From a virus (lineage: Duplodnaviria > Heunggongvirae > Uroviricota > Caudoviricetes), in IMG/VR virus record IMGVR_UViG_3300047444_000299, positions 64,001 through 128,000 of that record: DNA of 64,000 nt; one strand, written 5' to 3'. The translations under genes were made by a program, and so were the position numbers. Position 1 is the stretch's first letter. Every line of letters starts with the position of its first letter. The notes beneath the pieces are model-generated. The model ran no database searches. It was not told the DNA's origin and worked only from the letters and a program-made list of their open reading frames with translations. Positions 24,878 to 34,181 of the stretch are shown in pieces.

Positions 24878-25828
24878 ATGTTTAAGCGTAACCAAAAATC
24901 TGCCGCCCAACTTCAAGAACAACTGAAAGAACTGTCCGGTTCGCAGAAGTTTGAAAAAGACCCAAAAGAATGGACCATGACTGTTGATAAAGCAGGCAAC
25001 GGTTCGGCGGTAATTCGGTTCTTGCCTGCAACGGGCGAAGGCGAGGAAGTAATTCCATTCGTCAAAATGTACTCTCACAGTTTCAAAGATCCGAAAACCA
25101 ACAAGTGGTACATCGAAAACTGCCCAACTACCATTGGCAAGCCTTACGATGATTGCCCTGTTTGTTCGGGTAACAGCGAACTGTTCGAGAAAGGCAAAAC
25201 CAACAAAGAAATCAAAGATTACGCAAGTTCTCGCAGCCGTAAACTGTCCTACTGGGCAAACATCGTTGTTGTGAAGGATGAAGCAAATCCCGAGGCTGTT
25301 GGTGGTACTTTCAAATACCGTTTCGGTAAGAAAATTTTCGAGAAAATCGAATCTGCTCTTAACCCGGATCTGGATGAAGAAAGCCCAATTCTGGTAACCG
25401 ACGTTTACGAAGGTGCAAACTTCCTTCTGAAAGCCAAGAAAGTATCCGGCTTCCAGAACTACGACGACTCGCGTTTTGTTAGTCAAACTTCTGAGCTGTT
25501 CGACGGCGACGAAGAAAAGCTGAACAAAGCATGGGCTGCAATGCACCCACTGAAACCGATTGTTGCTGAAAAAGAATTCAAGTCGAAAGCTGAACTTGAT
25601 AAGTCGTATGCCCGTGCTACCGGTGGTACTGCCGCCCGTAAAGAAACCACAGGCGAACGCGAAGTTCGTGAAGCTCGCGAAGAAAGTCCAACCAAAAATT
25701 ACGAGAACCCAAAAGGTTCTGTAGTTGAAGACGACACACTGCCATTCGATACCGAACCAAAAGGTACTGGAACCGTCAGTGACGACATGGACGACATCCA
25801 GAGCTTCTTGGACGGTCTAGACAGCTAA
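24878..25828 (+). CDS. 32: single-stranded DNA binding protein gp32
   Basis: MFKR, GNGSAVIRFLP, H.F......WYIENC.TT.G....CPVC, KRKLSY.ANI.V.KD, acidic C-terminus DDIQSFLDGL. Confidence 0.97.
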   Translation: MFKRNQKSAAQLQEQLKELSGSQKFEKDPKEWTMTVDKAGNGSAVIRFLPATGEGEEVIPFVKMYSHSFKDPKTNKWYIENCPTTIGKPYDDCPVCSGNSELFEKGKTNKEIKDYASSRSRKLSYWANIVVVKDEANPEAVGGTFKYRFGKKIFEKIESALNPDLDEESPILVTDVYEGANFLLKAKKVSGFQNYDDSRFVSQTSELFDGDEEKLNKAWAAMHPLKPIVAEKEFKSKAELDKSYARATGGTAARKETTGEREVREAREESPTKNYENPKGSVVEDDTLPFDTEPKGTGTVSDDMDDIQSFLDGLDS

Positions 25829-25873
25829 TTGTGAATAGGGGCGAAAGCCCCTATCCTTTACGGGAGTTATATT

Positions 25874-26374
25874 TTGATCCAAATGATCTACGCAACAAGC
25901 CTGAATCATTTCATCGGCTTGAATGGTGGTTTGCCGTGGCCCTATATCCAATCGGATATGGCATGGTTCCAACGCAACACCAATGAGAAAGTTATCTTGA
26001 TGGGCCGTAAGACTTGGGAGTCTATTGGCCGACACCTACCCAATCGAATTAATGTGATTATCAGCTCAAAAGAAATTGCAGGTGCAGACCTGACCGTAGC
26101 TGGTGAACCCTATGATGTAATCGCAACTATCCAATCAAAATACCCCGGCAAAGATATTATTATCATCGGTGGTATGCAGGTTTATGTGCAATATGTGATG
26201 TTGTGTGATCGAATTTATTCGTCGTTGATTCAAGCAGAATACGACGGTGATATCAAATTCAGTTGCCGAGCCCTTTGCCAACAAGCCTACAAGTTAGTTA
26301 GCTCTAGTCACTTACCAGAATCCGAGGATACCCCCGGTGTTCTTTACGAAGTTTACGACAAGATTATTCAATGA
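25874..26374 (+). CDS. frd: dihydrofolate reductase
   Basis: IG.NG.LPW....DM.WF, VI.MGRKTWESI...LPNR.N..IS, IIGG. Confidence 0.95.
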   Translation: MIQMIYATSLNHFIGLNGGLPWPYIQSDMAWFQRNTNEKVILMGRKTWESIGRHLPNRINVIISSKEIAGADLTVAGEPYDVIATIQSKYPGKDIIIIGGMQVYVQYVMLCDRIYSSLIQAEYDGDIKFSCRALCQQAYKLVSSSHLPESEDTPGVLYEVYDKIIQ

Positions 26375-27324
26375 CCCCTTATATCCAACTGCTTATCAAA
26401 ATCCTCAATACCGGTGAATCGGTTGTGGATCGTACCGGCGTGGGCACTCTTGCCATTTTCGGTGAACAAATCAAGTTTGACCAAACCGAAGGCTTTCCGG
26501 GTGTAACCACCAAGAAATTGGCGTGGAAGTCTGTTGTATCCGAACTGTTGTGGTTCCTCAAAGGTTCAACCAACGTCAACGAATTACGGGCTTTGCTTCA
26601 CGGTGAAGAACATCGGTTCAATCTGGCTAAGAAAACCATTTGGGATGCGAATTACGAAGCTCAAGGTAAAGCTCTGGGCTATACAGACGGCGAATTAGGT
26701 CCGGTGTATGGTGGTCAGTGGCGGAATCGTAAGGATATCGTAACTACGGACTCCTACGATGAATCAGGGGACGTTTTAGAGACTCAAGGGTACACCAAGA
26801 TAGGTTATGAAACTTATCACGGCTATGACATCTATGAACGCCGTGTAGACCAAGTTAAAAACTTGCTTGAGCGAGCCAAGACCAACCCAGAATGCCGTCG
26901 TCTGATTGTCAGTGCATGGAACCCAGAAGAACAACATCTGATGACCCTGCCACCATGTCACTACGGTTTCCAAATCCGTATTACTGGTGACTACCTCGAT
27001 CTGCTCTGGACACAACGGTCTGTTGATACATTCCTTGGACTGCCATTCAACATTGCATCATATGCACTGTTACAAGCAATCTTTGCACGAATTCTGGGTA
27101 AGAAGCCTAGATACCTGACCGGTCAACTGGGTGATACTCATATCTACCAGAACCACCAACAACAAGTATTGGAACAGGTTAGCCGGTCGCCTTATGAACT
27201 ACCGAAGTTATGGATTAATCCAGACTTACAAACTCTGGAAGACTTCGAGAATGCGAAAGTTGATGATTTCCTGTTGATTGGGTACGAACATCACCCATTG
27301 TTAAGCGCACCGATGGCAGTGTAA
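26371..27324 (+). CDS. td: thymidylate synthase
   Basis: DRTGVGT, ELLWFLKG.TN, LGPVYG.QWR, LPPCH, QRS.D.FLGLPFNIASY, GDTHIY.NH. Confidence 0.97.
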   Translation: MTPYIQLLIKILNTGESVVDRTGVGTLAIFGEQIKFDQTEGFPGVTTKKLAWKSVVSELLWFLKGSTNVNELRALLHGEEHRFNLAKKTIWDANYEAQGKALGYTDGELGPVYGGQWRNRKDIVTTDSYDESGDVLETQGYTKIGYETYHGYDIYERRVDQVKNLLERAKTNPECRRLIVSAWNPEEQHLMTLPPCHYGFQIRITGDYLDLLWTQRSVDTFLGLPFNIASYALLQAIFARILGKKPRYLTGQLGDTHIYQNHQQQVLEQVSRSPYELPKLWINPDLQTLEDFENAKVDDFLLIGYEHHPLLSAPMAV

Positions 27325-27416
27325 AGGGCATTGCCCTGCTATTAACCCAACTAAATAGTAAACCAATTTTGGGAACTTCGATTGGCGGGGTTCCTTGTTT
27401 TTAAGTGATATTTTAA

Positions 27417-28436
27417 ATGCCCGATCTAGTTCGAATTAAGACTAAGCAAGAAAATTATATCATCGATTATCCCCAAGCAGTTGACGCGGCACAGAAGCAA
27501 TTAAGCATTATGTGGTTTGCTAAAGAACTTGGTGTAGAAAAAGATGAAAGTGATATAAGAACAAAATGTACCAGTGGCGAACGCTACGGCATTACCTACC
27601 TCCTTAAAATTTTCAACAAGTATGAATTAATGCTTGGTGGTAATGAATTCTGGGGTGGTAAGATTCAAAGAATGTTCCCACGCGAAGACATCGGCCAAAT
27701 GGCTATTGTGTATGCGATGGTTGAACGTGCTGTCCATGCACCGTTCTACGATTTGATCAATAAAACCCTGAATATTGCCACCGAAGAATTTTATAACGAG
27801 TGGAAAGACGATCCAGTTCTATCTGAGCGAATCAAATTCATTTCCAAGTATGCAGAATTGGAAGGTTACGGTTACAACGACCTGTTGTCGCTGGCTGCAT
27901 TTGCCTTCTTGGAAGGTGCGGTTTTGTTCTCCGCATTCTCATACCTGAAAAGTTTCAACACTGGCGGTTATAACATGATGGCTCACGTAGCCTCTGGTAT
28001 TGACGCAAGTGCAAAAGATGAAAACTTCCACTCGATGTCGGCTGCATGGTTGTTTAACCAGTACCTGTCGGAATTGATTGAAGCCAAACATATCACCCAA
28101 GAAGAAATCGACCAGCTCTATGCTGAAATCGATAAAATCTCGCTTGTTGTGTATGAACATGAAGGTGCCATCAACAAAGAAATCTTTTCGAAAGGTGGTA
28201 ACCGTACCGCAAACTTCGAAGACCAAATGCATTTCGTGCGTAACCGCATTGACGATGTACGAGCCTATTTGAAAACCAAACCAATGTTTGGTGATGAACA
28301 AGGCAAGATTTCGCAGTGGTTCTACGGTGCCCTTAGTACATTCAAATATGCAGACTTCTTTTCGAACTCGCAAGTGCAATATGTACGCAATTGGAACAAA
28401 GGTAAACTGAAATTTAGAATAGAGTTGGCAGCATAA
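27417..28436 (+). CDS. nrdB: ribonucleotide reductase class Ia beta subunit
   Basis: W.A.E..VE.D, E..VHA.FY, LEGAVLFSAFS.L, S.KDENFH iron ligands; ACTAAATA late promoter at 27350-27357. Confidence 0.93.
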   Translation: MPDLVRIKTKQENYIIDYPQAVDAAQKQLSIMWFAKELGVEKDESDIRTKCTSGERYGITYLLKIFNKYELMLGGNEFWGGKIQRMFPREDIGQMAIVYAMVERAVHAPFYDLINKTLNIATEEFYNEWKDDPVLSERIKFISKYAELEGYGYNDLLSLAAFAFLEGAVLFSAFSYLKSFNTGGYNMMAHVASGIDASAKDENFHSMSAAWLFNQYLSELIEAKHITQEEIDQLYAEIDKISLVVYEHEGAINKEIFSKGGNRTANFEDQMHFVRNRIDDVRAYLKTKPMFGDEQGKISQWFYGALSTFKYADFFSNSQVQYVRNWNKGKLKFRIELAA

Positions 28437-30130
28437 TGGCACAGAGTTTCGAGGAATTAAGTCAAGAGCGGAAAGAACTACAAGTGAAGGGTTGGTTGCC
28501 TGAATGGTACACCACCCAAGCATGGCAAATGTTCAAAGCAAAATACGCTGTGTCGGGTGAACAAGCAGTTTACGGACGACACAAAACAATTGCAAAAACC
28601 CTATCGGCTTACATGGTCGGCAACGAAGCATATTGGGAAGAAAAGTTCTTCCAACTGTTGTGGAAAGGATGGTTGTCACCATCAACCCCAGTCCTATCTA
28701 ACTGCGGTACTGATCGTGGTCTGACGGTTTCCTGTTCCGGTCAATATGTCGGTGACTCTGTAGATTCGTTCTATAAAGCAAGACATGAATGGGCGATGTT
28801 GTCCAAGAATGGTTTCGGCTGTTCGGGTGACTTCAGCGATGTTCGTCCGCGTGGTGCAGCCATCAGTAAAGGTGGTACTGCCGAAGGTCCAGTGCCTTGG
28901 ATGATTCGTGCGGCTGATGATGCTTCCCTGATTTCTCAAGGTGGTAACCGTCGCGGTTCGATTGCAACCTATCTGGATATCGAACACCCAGACTTTGATG
29001 AAATGAATGACAAACTTCTGGCCGAGCCGGATGGTTTGAACATTGGTTGGACAATTACAGACGGTTTTGTTGCAAAACTGAAAACCGGTGATGAAGAAGC
29101 CCACCGCCGATTCACCGCTGCGGTTTATACAAAACTGGTAGTTGGTAAAGGTTATTTCTTCTTTATCGACAAAGCAAATCGTCATCGTCCGATGGTTTAC
29201 AAGGATCTTGGACTTGATATCAAGGCTTCCAATCTTTGTACCGAAATTATGTTGCATAGCTCCGAGTCCCTGACTTTCAGTTGTGTACTAAGTTCGATGA
29301 ACGCTTACAAATGGGATGAATGGAAGGATACCACTGCGGTATTTGACTCGACCGTATTCCTTGACTGTGTTGTTTCCGATTTCCTAGAGAAGTCGAAAAA
29401 CATTCCGGGTCTGGAAAAAGTTCGTAAGTTCACCGAGAAAGGTCGGGCCGTTGGTCTGGGCATTCTGGGTTGGGCTTCTTACCTACAAGCGAATCGTATT
29501 CCATACGAATCTCTAGATGCTCATTACATGAACATCGATATGTTCAAGAAGCTGCATGACGACTCGCTGGCGGCGTCCCAATGGATGGCTAAGGAACTTG
29601 GTGAGCCTGAATGGTTAAAAGGCCGTGGCGAGCGTATGACGCACCGTACAGCACAGGCACCAACCAAATCGACATCCGGTTTGATGGGCAATCTGTCCGA
29701 GGCTTGGTTCCCAGAACCGGGCATGGTGTATGAACAAGGTTCGGCTGCCGGTGGGATGCATAAAATCATTCCTGAAATCTACAAGATCATGGTTGAACGC
29801 GGGGTTTATTCGAAAGAAACCTGTGACGATATCGTGGCTCATGTTGGATCTGTACAGCATGTAACTTGGCTAGATGATCATGAGAAAGAAGTTTTCAAAA
29901 CCGCTTTCGAAATTGATCAACATGTATTACTGCGATATGCAACTACCCGTCAACCGTGGCTGTGTCAGGGTCAATCCTTGAACTTCTTCTGGTCGGAAGA
30001 CGGCGACGAAGACCGTATTGCCGAAGTCATGACAGAAGCCTTCTTGCATGAAGACTGCCTGTCGGTTTACTACTTCTATTCAAGAAGTGGCGTAATCGTT
30101 AACAGTGTTTGTAGTGCTTGCGAGGCTTAA
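28436..30130 (+). CDS. nrdA: ribonucleotide reductase class Ia alpha subunit, no ATP cone
   Basis: SPSTPVLSN.G..RGL.VSC, QGG.RRG, SNLCTEI, R.VGLG..G, APT.ST, CQGQSLN, C-terminal CSACEA. Confidence 0.95.
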   Translation: MAQSFEELSQERKELQVKGWLPEWYTTQAWQMFKAKYAVSGEQAVYGRHKTIAKTLSAYMVGNEAYWEEKFFQLLWKGWLSPSTPVLSNCGTDRGLTVSCSGQYVGDSVDSFYKARHEWAMLSKNGFGCSGDFSDVRPRGAAISKGGTAEGPVPWMIRAADDASLISQGGNRRGSIATYLDIEHPDFDEMNDKLLAEPDGLNIGWTITDGFVAKLKTGDEEAHRRFTAAVYTKLVVGKGYFFFIDKANRHRPMVYKDLGLDIKASNLCTEIMLHSSESLTFSCVLSSMNAYKWDEWKDTTAVFDSTVFLDCVVSDFLEKSKNIPGLEKVRKFTEKGRAVGLGILGWASYLQANRIPYESLDAHYMNIDMFKKLHDDSLAASQWMAKELGEPEWLKGRGERMTHRTAQAPTKSTSGLMGNLSEAWFPEPGMVYEQGSAAGGMHKIIPEIYKIMVERGVYSKETCDDIVAHVGSVQHVTWLDDHEKEVFKTAFEIDQHVLLRYATTRQPWLCQGQSLNFFWSEDGDEDRIAEVMTEAFLHEDCLSVYYFYSRSGVIVNSVCSACEA

Positions 30131-30179
30131 ACCAATAAGGGGCCGAAAGGCTCCTTTTTATTTTATTAGTGAGAATTGA

Positions 30180-30569
30180 ATGAAAGTATTTTTAGGCGGA
30201 ACTTGCAACGGTTCCTCATGGCGCGAAACCCTGATTCGTATGTTGAACTGTGATTACTTCAATCCAGTCGTGGACCATTGGTCTGAGGATTGTATGGCCG
30301 AAGAAATTCGACAACGAAGAATCTGTGATTACAACCTGTACGTGATTACTCCCAAAATGACTGGGGTGTTCTCGATTGCGGAAGTAATTGATGATTCGAA
30401 CAAACGACCTTCCAAAACCATTCTATGTGTTCTAGAAGGTGATGGCGGTATTGAGTTTACCCCACATCAATTGAAATCAATGAGTCAGGTTTGCCGCATG
30501 GCTGCTGAAAATGGGGTTGCGGTATTCAACACCCTTGGGGCTGTAGCGAGATTCTTGAATGACAAGTGA
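30180..30569 (+). CDS. nucleoside 2-deoxyribosyltransferase-like protein
   Basis: KVFLGGTCNGS.WR, YFNPVV..W, E......CDY.LYVITP.M.G.FSIAE. Confidence 0.85.
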   Translation: MKVFLGGTCNGSSWRETLIRMLNCDYFNPVVDHWSEDCMAEEIRQRRICDYNLYVITPKMTGVFSIAEVIDDSNKRPSKTILCVLEGDGGIEFTPHQLKSMSQVCRMAAENGVAVFNTLGAVARFLNDK

Positions 30570-31008
30570 AATAAAATGGATCATCGGTGCGGTAATAGCA
30601 CTGATTCTCATCTTTGGTGGCTACAAGCTGTATCACCTCGGCTATGACGAAGCAATGGCTACCATAGACCATGACAACAGAATAGCCACAGACGCGGCGG
30701 TTGCATCTGCTCAAAAAGAGTTGGAATCGGCACAAAAACTAATCCAGACTGGTATCCAGAATGTCCAATCCACAAAAGAGAAAATTGTTTACGTCACTCA
30801 GAAAGCTCAAGCCATTGTGGCGCCTAAGTGCCCCGATGTTGGCCCTGACTTTGCTGGGGTGTATAACCAGTACATCAATACAATACAAAGCAACGCCGAT
30901 ACAAGTAGACACCAGTTTGATGCAAAAATGTCCACTCCATCTGCTAATGCTAATGCCGGAATCAACCCCACTCAGCCCGCTACCCCCATCGGTGGTCGCA
31001 CAAATTGA
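30559..31008 (+). CDS. i-spanin (Rz-like)
   Basis: N-terminal TM helix followed by a periplasmic coiled coil and a CP motif. Confidence 0.75.
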   Translation: MTSEIKWIIGAVIALILIFGGYKLYHLGYDEAMATIDHDNRIATDAAVASAQKELESAQKLIQTGIQNVQSTKEKIVYVTQKAQAIVAPKCPDVGPDFAGVYNQYINTIQSNADTSRHQFDAKMSTPSANANAGINPTQPATPIGGRTN

Positions 31009-31123
31009 TGGGCACAACCTTGCATTGCTGAATGAATGCATAGGCCGTCAATCGATCCTAATTGATGTAATTGATTCAGCAAATCGTGACAGAATTTCTA
31101 AATTGAGTTTAGAATCCCAATAA
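30761..31123 (+). CDS. o-spanin (Rz1-like lipoprotein) overlapping the i-spanin
   Basis: Lipobox LLGC, LMQKCP, Pro-rich segment, C-terminal ECIGRQ; +1 frame overlap. Confidence 0.7.
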   Translation: MSNPQKRKLFTSLRKLKPLWRLSAPMLALTLLGCITSTSIQYKATPIQVDTSLMQKCPLHLLMLMPESTPLSPLPPSVVAQIDGHNLALLNECIGRQSILIDVIDSANRDRISKLSLESQ

Positions 31124-31136
31124 ATTGTGGTATGAT
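31108..31136 (+). promoter_or_regulatory. class 2 promoter
   Basis: G-TTTAGA-17-TATGAT; ATG lies 7 nt after the -10. Confidence 0.6.
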
Positions 31137-31142
31137 TGCCTC

Positions 31143-31259
31143 ATGAAAAACAAAATCCTGTTGTTATCCGCGCTGTACTCGAACAAGATCCAAGCCCTGA
31201 ATGACCTAGCCATGCCTATTTTTGTAGGCGGCGTTCTTCTGGTGTCGTTTGTTCATTGA
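31143..31259 (+). CDS. 38-aa hydrophobic small protein
   Basis: MKNKILLLSALYSNKIQALNDLAMPIFVGGVLLVSFVH; overlaps the cd start. Confidence 0.45.
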   Translation: MKNKILLLSALYSNKIQALNDLAMPIFVGGVLLVSFVH

Positions 31260-31686
31260 GAAATGGGACTACCGATACCTCGAAATGGCAAGACTGGTGG
31301 CATCATGGTCGAAAGATCCGTCCACTAAAATCGGTAGCGTTATCATGGACTCAAACGGAAATCCAGTAAGTCATGGATTTAATGGATTTCCAAGGGGTAT
31401 GGTAGATACCCCGGAACGCTTGAATAATCGAGAATTCAAGTATCGTCACATACTGCATTCCGAAGACAACGCTATGGCGTTCGCGAATGTGAAATATTTT
31501 GATGGATGCACGATTTATATCACCCATCCACCTTGCGTCAATTGCCTATCCAGAATGCGCCAACGGCGTCTGTTCCGGGTGGTTTGCTACGATGGCGGGG
31601 AAGAATTTGCAACACGCTGGCCGACTCAAGATTCCGTGGATTTAGCCAAGGAATTGGGTATCGAACTTATTATCATCAAATCGTGA
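31249..31686 (+). CDS. cd: dCMP deaminase
   Basis: SWSKDPSTKIGSVI, GFNGFPRG, HSEDNA, THPPCVNC zinc motif. Confidence 0.93.
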   Translation: MFIEKWDYRYLEMARLVASWSKDPSTKIGSVIMDSNGNPVSHGFNGFPRGMVDTPERLNNREFKYRHILHSEDNAMAFANVKYFDGCTIYITHPPCVNCLSRMRQRRLFRVVCYDGGEEFATRWPTQDSVDLAKELGIELIIIKS

Positions 31687-31696
31687 GAAAAATAGA

Positions 31697-31999
31697 ATGA
31701 CCAAGACTTACAACATCAACCCGGACCAGAAATTTAGCCGTGAATTCCTTGTGGAACGCCTGTCTGCCGGTGCCGCTTACGTTCGATTCACCAAAGTGTC
31801 CAACGGCGAAGACCGTGTGATGCACTGTACCCGTGACCCTGCCGTAGTTGAACTGATTCTGGGCAAGGCCGATGAATCCTTGAAAACAGAATCAACCCGC
31901 AAAATGACCGATGCGTCTCTGCGTGTGTTCGATCTGGAAAAACGTGAATGGCGTACATTCAACATCGCTACCGTCTACCACGTAGGCGACAAGGCATGA
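31697..31999 (+). CDS. WYL_2 / Sm-like SH3 barrel protein
   Basis: V.FTK..GE.R.M.CT ... RVFD.EK..WR.F. Confidence 0.75.
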   Translation: MTKTYNINPDQKFSREFLVERLSAGAAYVRFTKVSNGEDRVMHCTRDPAVVELILGKADESLKTESTRKMTDASLRVFDLEKREWRTFNIATVYHVGDKA

Positions 32000-32184
32000 G
32001 TGAAAGACTTCCTATAGTCTTCACCCAACACGAAATCGATCAAATGGCTAACAAGCCATTTGACGTTTACGATCATCAACTACGTGCGCGTATGGATGGA
32101 TACCAATCTGTTTTGGATGGTATCGCAGAACGTGACGCTGCACGACAAGCCGCAATTGAAAAATATAAACTGAGAACAGAATGA
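31996..32184 (+). CDS. hypothetical protein
   Basis: ATGA-coupled 62-aa ORF. Confidence 0.6.
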   Translation: MSERLPIVFTQHEIDQMANKPFDVYDHQLRARMDGYQSVLDGIAERDAARQAAIEKYKLRTE

Positions 32185-32495
32185 CCAAGCTCGCTGACCT
32201 GAAAAATGTAACCCTGACCAACAAAACCGTCCTGCTGGATGTATCCCATGTGAAAGCCCAAGGTGACGAAATCACCCAAGGTGGAATCATGATCGGTAAG
32301 GTTCTGCAATCCGAAGTCCCGACCTACGGCTATGTAGTAGGATTCGACCCGGCGATTGAAACCCTGAAAATCGGTGATGTCGTACCGATTGCCCAAGCCG
32401 GTAGCCTTCGCGTGTTCGAATGGCCCGGAAAATCGAAGGATCAAAAGGTTGTTTCGATGCGTTTCGAATTCATCGACGGTGTGATTTCCCTGTAA
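32181..32495 (+). CDS. 31: co-chaperonin GroES-like gp31
   Basis: QGDEITQGGIMIGKVLQSEVP mobile loop matches T4 gp31 ([22 protein letters not shown]). Confidence 0.9.
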   Translation: MTKLADLKNVTLTNKTVLLDVSHVKAQGDEITQGGIMIGKVLQSEVPTYGYVVGFDPAIETLKIGDVVPIAQAGSLRVFEWPGKSKDQKVVSMRFEFIDGVISL

Positions 32496-32518
32496 TCGAA
32501 ATAAATTTTCAAATTCTG

Positions 32519-32639
32519 TTTAGATTCACCGAAAACTGGGGTATAGTGATCTCACTTCCCCAGTGAAGACAAAGCAAAAACGAATTGAAACAAAAAGATT
32601 TGAGAAAGTGTTTGGCACAGAATCAAATCGTGATAGAAT
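32519..32639 (+). promoter_or_regulatory. two tandem class 2 promoters
   Basis: TTCTG-TTTAGA-17-TATAGT (32519-32547) and TG-TTTGGC-17-TAGAAT (32611-32639). Confidence 0.6.
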
Positions 32640-32687
32640 GACCCCATCAGCACAAAGCTGACCTTAACTGAATTAGGAATTGAAAGA

Positions 32688-33212
32688 ATGGCAAAGCTCA
32701 AGGGTAACCACGCAAGCAAGAAATCCCAAGCCACCGCTTACAAAGCGATGATCAAGGCTGGCAAGAACAAGGCTATCAAGCTGGCTCGCCACCTGAAAAA
32801 GCATCCGAACGATGCGCAAGGGGCTGCTGCGGTTAAAGGTGCCCGTGAACACACTGGTCGTACTGCTCCAAAACGTACTGGCGCACGGTTGAACCCGTTC
32901 ATCAGCGAAATCGACAAAATTGCTCTGGCGGAAGTCATGATCCGTGAGAAGCAAGCCGGACGCGACGAACTGAATTTCCAGTCTCGTTCGTTGAACCTGC
33001 TGAGCGGTCGTGTATCGGCCTTCGGCAAGCGCGTTGCACAGCACCTGAGTTTCAGCCGTGCGGTTCGCAACGAAGCTCAGTTCGATAAGAAAGGCAAGTC
33101 CTTTCCGAAACCGAACATGACCAAAGCTGATCGTGACGCGGCGAAAGCCCGTGCGATGGCTAAACAGGCAGAACCGGCCAAGAAATCGAAGGCGCCGCGT
33201 AAAGCTGCGTAA
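32688..33212 (+). CDS. highly basic hypothetical protein
   Basis: 174 aa, K/R/A-rich, strong codon bias; KLARHLKKHPND motif; terminator 33221-33248. Confidence 0.75.
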   Translation: MAKLKGNHASKKSQATAYKAMIKAGKNKAIKLARHLKKHPNDAQGAAAVKGAREHTGRTAPKRTGARLNPFISEIDKIALAEVMIREKQAGRDELNFQSRSLNLLSGRVSAFGKRVAQHLSFSRAVRNEAQFDKKGKSFPKPNMTKADRDAAKARAMAKQAEPAKKSKAPRKAA

Positions 33213-33266
33213 TTGATCTTAAAAGGGAGCCGAAAGGCTCCTTTTTTTGTAACTAAAGGAATTGTC

Positions 33267-33716
33267 ATGAGTAGAAATGGTTTCACTGATCCGAAGCAAG
33301 TTATTGTTGCTCGACTGGATCTAAAAATGCCTCCCGGTAAACTGGCGGCTCAGGTAGCTCATGCCTCAGTTGCGGTTTTGCTGAAACATGGCCGATGGGA
33401 AAACGATTTCCAATGTGGTGATCCTGATGTCCCACGCGATAAATTCGTGTTGCATCCAACCGAAGCAATGGAACATTGGATGAAAATTTCGTTCCCAAAA
33501 GCTGTTTTGGAAGCTAAAGACGAAATGGAAATGGAAATCCTGTACGCCGAAGCTCAAAGAGCTGGCTTGCCATGTTCCAAAGTCATTGATTCTGGTCGTA
33601 CCGTGTATAACGGCGAACACAATCTAACCTGTATCGCTATTGGCCCCGCCGAGCGATCTGAAATTGATAAAATCACAGGCCATTTGCCGCTGTACAAAGG
33701 GGTTTTTCATGGATGA
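33267..33716 (+). CDS. peptidyl-tRNA hydrolase type 2 (Pth2)
   Basis: KQVIV.R.DLKM..GKLAAQ.AHA, K.VL, V.DSGRT, T..AIGP....EID.ITG.L.LY. Confidence 0.93.
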   Translation: MSRNGFTDPKQVIVARLDLKMPPGKLAAQVAHASVAVLLKHGRWENDFQCGDPDVPRDKFVLHPTEAMEHWMKISFPKAVLEAKDEMEMEILYAEAQRAGLPCSKVIDSGRTVYNGEHNLTCIAIGPAERSEIDKITGHLPLYKGVFHG

Positions 33717-33900
33717 TTGGATCGCCGCGTTTTGTATTGTCGGGTTCTTGGGGTTACTTTCATACGGTATCTCTAAAGGCACACATGATGAACAAATCAT
33801 GGTGGACAAATGCACAGAACAGGGTGGGTATCCAACCCATGTGCAAAAGCAAGGGGTAGTATGTCTCAAAGACAATACCCAAATTTCTCTTACCAAATAG
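33709..33900 (+). CDS. small membrane protein
   Basis: N-terminal TM helix, C..QGG...C motif. Confidence 0.6.
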   Translation: MDDWIAAFCIVGFLGLLSYGISKGTHDEQIMVDKCTEQGGYPTHVQKQGVVCLKDNTQISLTK

Positions 33901-33908
33901 GTTAACTG

Positions 33909-34181
33909 ATGTCCGAACAAAATGAAGTTATGCCGGTCAATGAACTGCATATTTCCGTATCTGGTAAATCCCATATCGGCAAAACTGCGGTGATCGAATC
34001 CATCGCACACATCCTGTCAAGCCTTGGCTTGGTGGTTGTATTTGACCCAAATTCGCAGAACATGCGCGAACAGAACAACCAGATGCTTGACCCACAAGAC
34101 GCTCAAGACCGTCTAGCGGCGATTGTATTAAAAGGTAATCTGTTGGTTGTGTTGAATGAGACAAATGCTCGGCCTGCCTAA
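33909..34181 (+). CDS. hypothetical protein
   Basis: 90 aa; ISVSGKSHIGKT resembles a P-loop fragment. Confidence 0.6.
   Translation: MSEQNEVMPVNELHISVSGKSHIGKTAVIESIAHILSSLGLVVVFDPNSQNMREQNNQMLDPQDAQDRLAAIVLKGNLLVVLNETNARPA

Noticed and set aside
24872-25546. 224-aa minus-strand ORF
   Set aside because: Antisense shadow of gene 32
26371-27324. td as a dCMP hydroxymethylase or base-modification enzyme
   Set aside because: It retains the dUMP-specifying Asn (PFNIASY) and sits next to frd; the roughly 30-aa insertion after YGGQWR is in a variable loop
26371-30130. Group I introns or inteins in td, nrdB or nrdA
   Set aside because: All three ORFs are continuous and of normal length, with no intein motifs
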